From the sequence record SRR20825019_1786: a DNA stretch of 32,268 nt, one strand, 5' to 3'. The notes under the pieces were generated by a model. That model was not told the DNA's origin. It did not search any database and saw only the letters and a list, made by a program, of their open reading frames with translations. The position numbers were made by a program, and so were the translations under genes. Shown here in pieces: positions 10,347-17,271 of the stretch. Position 1 is the first letter of the stretch, and every line of letters starts with the position of its first letter.

Positions 10347-10772
10347 ATGCAACGCGCCAGGCTGACAACATCCGAACTGCGAAATCCGGCGGGACACAGC
10401 CATGCCCGGCGCCGGATGATCGCGGCTGTTTTCGGTGTTCTGGCGCTTTTGACCCAGGCCGGCTTTACCCTCGGCGCCTCCGCCGCGCTGACCAGCGCGC
10501 CTCCCGGCAGCCTCGCCGCCGACCTCGCCAAGCTTTGCCTCGGCGCCGTTGACGGGCCGGATGGTAGCTGGGATGACGGCAGCCCTTCGGGAAGTGCCGC
10601 CAATTGCGGACATTGCAATCTCTGCGGCGTGGCGGGAGCCTCGCTCCTGCCCGCCACCGGACCGGAGACGGCCGGACGGATCGCCGCCTCCCTTCGCCTC
10701 CGGAGCCTGACATATCAGGTCCACCGGCAAGGCTTTACCCGGTTCCGCAATCCCCGGGCCCCTCCTCTCTGA
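10347..10772 (+). CDS. DUF2946 family leader protein (CruR/CutF-like) with CxxCxxC and C-terminal RAPP
   Basis: Signal/TM segment, CGHCNLC, and the terminus NPRAPPL-stop, directly upstream of a copper chaperone. The start may be 10347 or 10416. Confidence 0.75.
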   Translation: MQRARLTTSELRNPAGHSHARRRMIAAVFGVLALLTQAGFTLGASAALTSAPPGSLAADLAKLCLGAVDGPDGSWDDGSPSGSAANCGHCNLCGVAGASLLPATGPETAGRIAASLRLRSLTYQVHRQGFTRFRNPRAPPL

Positions 10773-10835
10773 CTTTCAGCTCACATTCCAAGAAGACAGC
10801 GGTACAGCCGCACCCAAAAAAGCTGAAAGACAGAG
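10767..10835 (+). promoter_or_regulatory. mRNA stem sequestering the PCu(A)C translation initiation region
   Basis: CTCTGACTTTCAGCT (10767-10781) is complementary to AGCTGAAAGACAGAG (10821-10835) at 14 of 15 positions. The right arm ends 2 nt before ATG 10838. Confidence 0.7.
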
Positions 10836-10837
10836 CA

Positions 10838-11383
10838 ATGATCACTTTTGCAAAAAACGCCGCGCGGGTTCTCGCGCTTGTCATCGTCACCCTGCCCCTG
10901 TTCGGCGGCATCGCCTGCTCCCATGAGTTCAAGGCCGGTGACATCCTGGTCGATCATCCCTGGGCCCGGGCCACGCCCGGCCGGGCCAAGAACGGCGCGG
11001 CCTTCATGAAGCTCGTGAACCATGGCGGCGCGGATGACCGGCTGATGAGCGTGTCCGGCGAGGTCGCCGACCGGGTCGAGCTGCACACCCATATCCATGA
11101 GAACGGCGTGATGAAGATGCGGCCGAGCGGCCCCGTGCCGGTTCCGGCGGGCGGCATGGCCATGCTGAAGCCCGGCAGCTTTCACGTCATGATGATCGGC
11201 CTGAAGGCACCGCTGGTGGAAGGCGAGAAATTCCCGCTGACCCTCAGTTTCGAGAAGTCCGGCACGGTCACGGTCGAGGTGAAGGTTGAGTCCGTCGGCG
11301 CGGGCGCTGGCAGCAAGCCCATGAAGCACGACATGGAAGACGGCCAGGACATGAAACACGGTCACGGCACAAAGAAGAACTGA
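10838..11383 (+). CDS. Periplasmic copper chaperone PCu(A)C with His/Met-rich tail
   Basis: Signal peptide; HPWARAT, GAAFM.L.N.G..DDRL, ELHTH....GVMKMR and PGSFHVM.IGL; C-terminal MKHDM..MKHGH. Confidence 0.93.
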   Translation: MITFAKNAARVLALVIVTLPLFGGIACSHEFKAGDILVDHPWARATPGRAKNGAAFMKLVNHGGADDRLMSVSGEVADRVELHTHIHENGVMKMRPSGPVPVPAGGMAMLKPGSFHVMMIGLKAPLVEGEKFPLTLSFEKSGTVTVEVKVESVGAGAGSKPMKHDMEDGQDMKHGHGTKKN

Positions 11384-11404
11384 TCCGCCTTTCCCGGCAA
11401 GCGA

Positions 11405-11815
11405 TCAGGCGGGGTCTTCCTGCTTGATCGCTCCGGGGCGGGTCGCGATCCAGGTGGCGACCAGGGCCAGCACGACGCCGGTCACCGCCGCCAATCGCCA
11501 GTCCTCCAGCACAAAGCCCCAGAGCAGCGCGAAGGAAAAGCCGATCATCGTCACGGCGGCGATCTTGGCGCGCGGGGGGATCACTCCGTGTTCATGCCAG
11601 GCACGCACACCGCTGCCGAAGCGCGGATGATTGTAGAGCCAGAGGTGAAACCGTTCGGAAGAGCGGGAAAAAGCCCAGACAGCGATCAACAGAAACAGCG
11701 TTCCCGGCAATCCCGGCAGCACGATACCGGCAATGCCCACGGCTGTGCACAGAATGCCGAAGCAGAACAGCACATAGCGCCAGGGGCCGCAGATGGTTTT
11801 CGGAAGTTCGCTCAA
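11405..11815 (-). CDS. ybaN: YbaN (DUF454) family inner membrane protein
   Basis: Signature GI.LP.LP...FLL.A.W.F.RSSERFH.WL..HP.FG and IP.RAK. Confidence 0.88.
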   Translation of the reverse strand: MSELPKTICGPWRYVLFCFGILCTAVGIAGIVLPGLPGTLFLLIAVWAFSRSSERFHLWLYNHPRFGSGVRAWHEHGVIPPRAKIAAVTMIGFSFALLWGFVLEDWRLAAVTGVVLALVATWIATRPGAIKQEDPA

Positions 11816-11907
11816 TTTTCGTCTCCGCGCGATCCTGCTCGCGCGCCGATTATGGTCTCGATCCGTTAAGATTTAGTTCGGGCCGGGCACCTGCCCAGAG
11901 GCAAAAC

Positions 11908-12642
11908 CTAAAGCCGGCGGGCAAACCATATCACGCGGCCGACAATATTCACTTCCTCAATCGTCCGCTCGTAATCCCGGTAGCGCGCGCTTTCCGAGCG
12001 GATCAGCACCCGTGGCGGATCGCTGTTCGGAATATATTCGAGCTGCTTGGCAACCAGACCAATCCCGTCATGCAGCACGAAGATGCCCGGCGGAGACGGG
12101 GCCGTGCGGCTGAGATCGATCATCACCTTGTCGCCGGAATACAGCACCGGCTCCATGGAATCCCCGTCGATGGAAATCACCCGGAGATCCCGGGCCGAGG
12201 CCCGCAGCTCGTAGCGCAGCCAGCCGGCGTCGAAATACCAGTCGTTGCCGCCAGGCTCCTGCTCGAGATTGGCGCCGCCACCGGCCGAGGCGGAAATCCG
12301 CACTTCGGGAACCGCGGTGACTCTTGCCGGGTCGATGGAGCCTGCCGCGGGGCCGAGACCGGAAAAGGGCCGCATGGCCGCCGAAGGACTGTCCCCGCGG
12401 GCAGCAGAGGGCAGAGGGACCGCCCCCTGTTCCGGCCGCAGCACCGCCTCGTCGACGCCAAGATGGCGGGCCAGGGCATAGCGCACGTCTTCCGGCAGCT
12501 TTCGCGGCGTCCCGCGATTGATGAACTGGTGCAGGTAGGCGTGATTCTTGCCGCAAGCCAGCGAGGCCTTCTTCAGATCCGTCGGAGGATCACGATGCGC
12601 CACCAATTCCAGGATGCGCTTTCGCTGGATATCGAGCTTCAT
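11908..12642 (-). CDS. CI/LexA-like repressor: N-terminal HTH plus S24 autopeptidase
   Basis: HTH LKKASLACGKNHAYLHQFINRGTP, cleavage-site-like SAG, catalytic Ser in GDSMEP, Lys in LVAKQL, and C-terminal IVGRVIW. Confidence 0.9.
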   Translation of the reverse strand: MKLDIQRKRILELVAHRDPPTDLKKASLACGKNHAYLHQFINRGTPRKLPEDVRYALARHLGVDEAVLRPEQGAVPLPSAARGDSPSAAMRPFSGLGPAAGSIDPARVTAVPEVRISASAGGGANLEQEPGGNDWYFDAGWLRYELRASARDLRVISIDGDSMEPVLYSGDKVMIDLSRTAPSPPGIFVLHDGIGLVAKQLEYIPNSDPPRVLIRSESARYRDYERTIEEVNIVGRVIWFARRL

Positions 12643-12648
12643 AACCGG

Positions 12649-12677
12649 AACCTAAACTTCCGCAATCGGATGATCAA
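12649..12677 (-). promoter_or_regulatory. Putative sigma70 promoter giving a leaderless repressor mRNA
   Basis: The minus strand reads TTGATC-N17-TAGGTT-N6-ATG(12642), with no Shine-Dalgarno. Confidence 0.55.
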
Positions 12678-12691
12678 GAGTTTTTTTCCTA

Positions 12692-12720
12692 TTGCCGAAT
12701 ATTAATCTTTCGCCTAGAAC
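12692..12720 (+). promoter_or_regulatory. Putative sigma70 promoter of the DUF6362 gene
   Basis: TTGCCG (12692-12697), N17, TAGAAC (12715-12720); back-to-back with the repressor promoter. Confidence 0.5.
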
Positions 12721-12868
12721 AACCTAAGCGTCAGTGGCAAAGATGTTTTTTGACCGGGAAAATCCGATCCCGCCGCAACCTAACGCTCTGAATGCAGAAA
12801 AGCCACGCCCACATCTTTAACGACGCTCTGATCATGCGGCGCGGACCGGTCCCGACTGGAGGGAGTCA

Positions 12869-13285
12869 ATGACGAGCACGCAGATTGTGCCGGATCCAAA
12901 ATGGATCAAACATTACCTGAAAGAAGCAGCGGACACTTTGCATCGACTACCGCGGGCATATGCCAAAGCCCGCCTCACCGGATGGCCGGACGTGGCGCAA
13001 AACAGCTTTGCGCATGAATTGTCGCCGGGCAGGACACGGCCGGCATCGCCAAGCCCGGCGGCGATCGACCGGCTCGATGAAAGCCTCGGCTGGATGTTTG
13101 CCTGCGATCAGGAGGAACGGATCGTGGTCTGGGCCCGGGCCTGCGGCGTCGCCTGGCGAAAACTGGAGGATATTGACGGACGCAGCCATGTCACCCTGCG
13201 GCGGATCGAGGATCGGGGCCTGGCCGCAATCCGCGACCGCTTGCGGAAGACGCCCCCGCCTCATGTTTTTCGCAGGCCTGATTAA
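12869..13285 (+). CDS. DUF6362 family protein, putative late-gene activator/antiterminator
   Basis: EAADTL.RLP, WPD, PSPAAIDRLDE.L.W and R.VVWARA.G..W, followed by an HTH-like C-terminus. GGAGG RBS. It lies immediately before the terminase genes; the function is inferred from position. Confidence 0.75.
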   Translation: MTSTQIVPDPKWIKHYLKEAADTLHRLPRAYAKARLTGWPDVAQNSFAHELSPGRTRPASPSPAAIDRLDESLGWMFACDQEERIVVWARACGVAWRKLEDIDGRSHVTLRRIEDRGLAAIRDRLRKTPPPHVFRRPD

Positions 13286-13303
13286 TCGGCTTTTTCCGAT
13301 TAA
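13282..13303. promoter_or_regulatory. Perfect inverted repeat, candidate operator
   Basis: TTAATCGG-N6-CCGATTAA. Related ATCGG-N6-CCGAT sites occur at 12753-12768 and 13380-13395. Confidence 0.55.
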
Positions 13304-13394
13304 AGAAAACACTAACATGTTGATATAGCCATAATATTTATACTTAATCGCTAGATCAGCATACAAACAAATGACAACTATCGGAAAAAACCGC

Positions 13395-13423
13395 TTTACA
13401 GGGTTTATAAAATCGGCTAAATA
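13395..13423 (+). promoter_or_regulatory. Putative late promoter
   Basis: TTTACA (13395-13400), N17, TAAATA in a GCTAAATA context (alphaproteobacterial-type -10), within an AT-rich intergenic region. Confidence 0.45.
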
Positions 13424-13436
13424 CTATCCTATCGTC

Positions 13437-13476
13437 GGCGCTTTGTGGGAACACCCCGCAAGGCGCCTTTTTCTTT
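13437..13476 (+). terminator. Intrinsic terminator in the leader of the structural operon
   Basis: 13-bp stem GGCGCTTTGTGGG / CCCGCAAGGCGCC (2 G-U pairs), 5-nt loop, then TTTTTCTTT. It ends 11 nt before the terS ATG. Confidence 0.75.
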
Positions 13477-13487
13477 GGGTGAAACGC

Positions 13488-13955
13488 ATGGCCGAATCCG
13501 CAGCACGGACCCGCAAGAAGCGGCACTTTCTGAAAGCTCTCGCCGAAACCGGAAATGTCAGCGAAGCCGCCCGCAAGGCGCGGCTGGACCGCAGTCACGC
13601 CTATCAGATCAGGCGCCAGGATCAGACTTTCGCCGAGGCCTGGGATGAAGCACTCGATATCGCCGTCGATCTGCTCGAGGGGGAAGCCCGGAGCAGGGCC
13701 GTCGAGGGCGTGGAACAACCGCGTTTCCATCAGGGCAGGATCTGCGGGACGGTCCGGAAATATTCCGACTCGCTCCTGATGTTCCTGCTGCGGGCACACC
13801 GCCCGGAAACCTTCCGGGAGGGCAAGGATGCCGGATCAGACGACATGGAACGCCACCTCAAGGGAGCAAAGGAAAAGCTCGCCGCCCGTCTCGAGGCCCT
13901 CGCTCCGAACAATGACTCCGATGGAGCGGACCCGGTTCCTGGGCGGGATCAGTGA
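13488..13955 (+). CDS. terS: Terminase small subunit-like protein
   Basis: HTH FL.ALAETGNVSEAAR, AY..R..D..FAEAWDEA, LE.EA..RAVEG and RKYSD.LLMFLL.AHRPE; overlaps terL. Confidence 0.75.
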   Translation: MAESAARTRKKRHFLKALAETGNVSEAARKARLDRSHAYQIRRQDQTFAEAWDEALDIAVDLLEGEARSRAVEGVEQPRFHQGRICGTVRKYSDSLLMFLLRAHRPETFREGKDAGSDDMERHLKGAKEKLAARLEALAPNNDSDGADPVPGRDQ

Positions 13956-15180
13956 CGCCGAAGCCGCCCTGCTGCTGTATGACTGGCCGTTCTGGGCGCG
14001 CGAGAAACAAGTGCCGCCGGAGGGCGACTGGCGGGTCTGGCTGATCCTGGCCGGGCGCGGTTTCGGCAAGACCCGAACCGGTGCCGAGTGGATCAGGACG
14101 GCACTCGAAAGCGGCCGCTGCCAGCGCGCCGCGATCATGGGAGCCACCGCCGGAGATGTCCGTGACGTCATGGTCGAGGGCGAGAGCGGCCTGCTGGCCA
14201 TCGCCCCGCCATGGGAACGGCCGCGTTACGAGCCATCGAAACGCCGGCTGACCTGGAAATCCGGCAGTGTCGCGACCCTCTTGTCGGCGGACGATCCGGA
14301 CCAGGTGCGCGGTCATCAGTTCGACATTGCCTGGGCCGACGAAATCGCGGCCTGGCCGCAACCCGAGGCCTGGCACAATCTGATGATGGCGCTTCGGCTC
14401 GGCCCCCGGCCGCAATGCATTGCCACCACGACGCCGCGTCCAAAGGACTGGCTGAAGCGGATCGCGGAAGCCGCCGATACCCGGCTGATCCAGGGCCGCA
14501 GCACGGAAAACCGGCTCAACCTTGCCCCGGGTTTCCTGGCCGCGATGGAGAATACCTATGGCGGCACCCGGCTCGGGCGGCAGGAACTCGACGGCGAATT
14601 CCTGACCGATGTGCCGGGCGCCTTGTGGCGTCGGGACCGGCTGGAAGCCGACCGCCTGCCTCCGGGAGAACGTCCGGCTCTGGACCGCATCGTGGTCGCC
14701 ATCGATCCGGCGGCAAGTCACCATGCCGCCTCGAACGAGACCGGCATTCTGGTCGCCGGGCGCGCTGCCGAGACCGCTTTTGTACTTGAGGATCTGTCAG
14801 GGCGGCTTGCTCCGAGCGACTGGGCTGTCCGCGCCATCGACGCCTATCACCGGTATAACGCGGACCGCATCGTCGCCGAGGTCAATCAGGGCGGCGATAT
14901 GGTGGAGCAGGTGCTGCGCAGTGTCGATCCGTCCGTCCCGCTGCGTCTGGTGCGTGCCAGCCGCGGCAAACAGACTAGGGCCGAGCCGGTTGCGGCACTC
15001 TATGAGCAGGGCCGCGTCCGCCATGTCGGACGCCTTGATCTGCTTGAAGACCAGATGAGCAGCTTTACCGGAGCATCGGGCGGCAATGGCTCGCCTGACC
15101 GGGTGGATGCGCTGGTCTGGGCCCTGACCGAACTCTTGCTGAGCCGGAACCGGACGCAGACCGGGCAATTTCTGATCTGA
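13912..15180 (+). CDS. terL: Terminase large subunit (Terminase_6 type, related to the clade that includes RcGTA TerL)
   Basis: Walker A WLILAGRGFGKTR, Walker B AWADE, coupling motif TTTP, and nuclease motifs VAIDP, AEVNQGG and SPDRVDALVWA. The exact start is uncertain. Confidence 0.95.
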   Translation: MTPMERTRFLGGISDAEAALLLYDWPFWAREKQVPPEGDWRVWLILAGRGFGKTRTGAEWIRTALESGRCQRAAIMGATAGDVRDVMVEGESGLLAIAPPWERPRYEPSKRRLTWKSGSVATLLSADDPDQVRGHQFDIAWADEIAAWPQPEAWHNLMMALRLGPRPQCIATTTPRPKDWLKRIAEAADTRLIQGRSTENRLNLAPGFLAAMENTYGGTRLGRQELDGEFLTDVPGALWRRDRLEADRLPPGERPALDRIVVAIDPAASHHAASNETGILVAGRAAETAFVLEDLSGRLAPSDWAVRAIDAYHRYNADRIVAEVNQGGDMVEQVLRSVDPSVPLRLVRASRGKQTRAEPVAALYEQGRVRHVGRLDLLEDQMSSFTGASGGNGSPDRVDALVWALTELLLSRNRTQTGQFLI

Positions 15181-15226
15181 GCCTGAATATATGACCTTTG
15201 GGGCCAACCACTGGGGGAGGTGGGAG

Positions 15227-15928
15227 ATGCCTGTAATCGCGTACCTCGAAACAAGCGTCGGCCCCGGCACCGGGCAGCCGCACGACATAGCCCTCGTTCA
15301 GGCCCTGCTCGCCCACATCAAGGACCTGTTCGGGCACCCCTACTGGCCGGACAGAATCGATGGCATGGCCAGCGATGCCCTGCTGGAGGCGATCAACCGC
15401 TTTCAGGAAGAATTCGGCCTGCTCGATACTGCCGGTGAGGATATCCGGACGGTGATCTCGCCTGCCTCCGTGACTTTTCAATGCCTGCGGGAAGCAACGG
15501 CCCCCGCCCTCTCCGGTCTGCGCGCCGTTACCGGCACCGCGACCCTCTATATTCCGCCCCGTTGCGGCGAGCAGGTCCTGGGGGTGATGGCCGCGAAGCT
15601 ACGTAGCCTGGGCTTTGAAGGCAACACCGCTCTGGGGCGGCGGCTGGCGGCCCTTGCCGAACGGGTGTTCGACAGGCACCGCTTCCTGATCCGCTTTCCG
15701 GCACCGGAAGACAGCAACAGCCGGACACAGCGGGTCCGTGTGCATTTTCACGGCCTGAAATGGCTGACCGCTCAGGGGCGGCTGACCTCCCCTGAGCAGC
15801 CGCACAGCCCGGTTCCCGAAGCACTCTGGTCCCTTGTCACGGCGGAAACCCGCCCGGTCGGCGGGCTGATACCGGAGCAGATAGACTATGCCGGCTGCCG
15901 GGAACTCTGGCTCAGGCATGACGGATAA
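15227..15928 (+). CDS. Hypothetical protein with N-terminal peptidoglycan-binding-like helical domain
   Basis: GGAGG RBS before ATG 15227. SVG......DIALVQALL....IDG......AI.RFQ resembles the PG_binding_1 pattern; the C-terminal half is not recognised. Confidence 0.55.
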   Translation: MPVIAYLETSVGPGTGQPHDIALVQALLAHIKDLFGHPYWPDRIDGMASDALLEAINRFQEEFGLLDTAGEDIRTVISPASVTFQCLREATAPALSGLRAVTGTATLYIPPRCGEQVLGVMAAKLRSLGFEGNTALGRRLAALAERVFDRHRFLIRFPAPEDSNSRTQRVRVHFHGLKWLTAQGRLTSPEQPHSPVPEALWSLVTAETRPVGGLIPEQIDYAGCRELWLRHDG

Positions 15929-15951
15929 GTATACCGCAGAAAGGCCACACA

Positions 15952-17157
15952 ATGAGTTCCGACGTCGCAACTCCGAATGCCGCCTATCAGGACATGGCCA
16001 CCGATTGGGAGCTGGTCCACGATCTGCTCGGCGGCACCCGCATCATGCGGCAACGCGGAGAGAAATGGCTGCCCCGGGAACCCGGCGAGAGCCGCGAAGC
16101 CTATGCCATCCGGCTGAACCGGAGCGTGCTGTTCAACGGGCTTCAGCGCACCATCCAGACTCTGCTTGGCAAACCGTTCCACCGTCCGGCCAGCCTGACC
16201 GGCGCCCCGCCGGACGCACTGGCGGCGTTGGCGGACAATGTCGATCTCGGTGGCCGCAACCTCACGGTTTTCGCCCGCGATGTCATGCAGGCCGCACTGA
16301 CGGACGGCCTCACGCATATCCTGGTGGACCATCCCCGGGCCGGCGAGGCGGGAAAAGACACCGCCCGGCCCTATCTCGTTCATATCCACGCGGCGGACCT
16401 GATCGGCTGGCGAGGCCAGGAAAGCGGCATCGGCAGCGCCCTGACCCGGGTCCGCATCCGGGAGACCGTGAACAGAACATCCGGAACCTGGGACGACAGG
16501 GCGGAGCGCCAGATCCGGGTGCTCTATCCCGGCCGCTTCGAAATCTGGCGGCGCGGCGGTGACGGTCTTGGCCCCTGGCGGCGCGACGATGCGGGAGAGA
16601 CAAGCCTCGACTGCATTCCGCTCGTCACCATCTATGCCAACCGGGCCGGTTTCATGACCGCCCGTCCGCCGCTGATGGATCTGGCCTGGCTCAATCTGGC
16701 GCACTGGCAATCGGCAAGCGATCAGCGCCACATCCTGCATGTCGCCCGGGTGCCGATCCTGTTCGGCCGCAACCTGACCCTGCCCGAGGACGGCCTGGCG
16801 CTTGGCCCGAACCGGATCGTGACCGGCGAGGGCGAAAGCGCCGATCTGCGTTTTGTCGAGCATAGCGGTGCCGCAATCGCCGCCGGCCGGCAGGATCTGA
16901 TCGACCTCGAAGACCGGATGGCGGTCATGGGCCTCGATCTGATGACAAGACGCGGCGGCGCGGGATCGACAACGGCGACGGCGCGGGCCATAGACGCGGC
17001 GGAAAACAACACATCCCTGCTCGGCCTGATCCATGCCGTCGAGGACGGGCTGAGCACCGCCTTCGGCTTCATGGCGGACTGGCTTGGTGTTCCAAGAAGC
17101 GAGGCCGGGCGAGTCGCCCTGCACCGGCAGGACACGCAGGACCTTTCGGCCGGCTGA
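15952..17157 (+). CDS. Portal protein, DUF4055 family
   Basis: W.LV.DLLGGT..MR..GE.WLP..P.ES..AY..RL, PPL.DLA.LNL.HWQS.SDQ..ILH.ARVPIL and FVEHSGAAI.AGR; position after terL. Confidence 0.88.
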   Translation: MSSDVATPNAAYQDMATDWELVHDLLGGTRIMRQRGEKWLPREPGESREAYAIRLNRSVLFNGLQRTIQTLLGKPFHRPASLTGAPPDALAALADNVDLGGRNLTVFARDVMQAALTDGLTHILVDHPRAGEAGKDTARPYLVHIHAADLIGWRGQESGIGSALTRVRIRETVNRTSGTWDDRAERQIRVLYPGRFEIWRRGGDGLGPWRRDDAGETSLDCIPLVTIYANRAGFMTARPPLMDLAWLNLAHWQSASDQRHILHVARVPILFGRNLTLPEDGLALGPNRIVTGEGESADLRFVEHSGAAIAAGRQDLIDLEDRMAVMGLDLMTRRGGAGSTTATARAIDAAENNTSLLGLIHAVEDGLSTAFGFMADWLGVPRSEAGRVALHRQDTQDLSAG

Positions 17158-17218
17158 AGATCGAAGCTGTTGCAACCCAATGATTGCAGTGGCACAGGAT
17201 GCAACAAAACCATCTTTA

Positions 17219-17239
17219 CCGATTGATAACCTCAATCGG
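17219..17239. promoter_or_regulatory. Perfect inverted repeat upstream of cheZ
   Basis: CCGATTGA-N5-TCAATCGG. Confidence 0.4.
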
Positions 17240-17271
17240 ATAGAACTTGGGCGAGTTAGAGGAGTAGCGCT

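Noticed and set aside
12643-13487. Alphaproteobacterial LexA box (GAAC-N7-GAAC) or CtrA box (TTAA-N7-TTAA) in the control regions
   Set aside because: Only half-sites or wrong spacing were found (e.g. TTAA-N8-CTAAC at 13300).
13828-13955. terS-terL programmed frameshift fusion
   Set aside because: The overlap is explained by an internal terL start (13912 or nearby), and there is no convincing slippery heptamer.
17190-17236. Sigma54 promoter (TGGCAC...TGC) and FNR box upstream of cheZ
   Set aside because: GG-GC spacing is 8 nt rather than 10, and TTGA-N5-TCAA is one base short of the FNR spacing.
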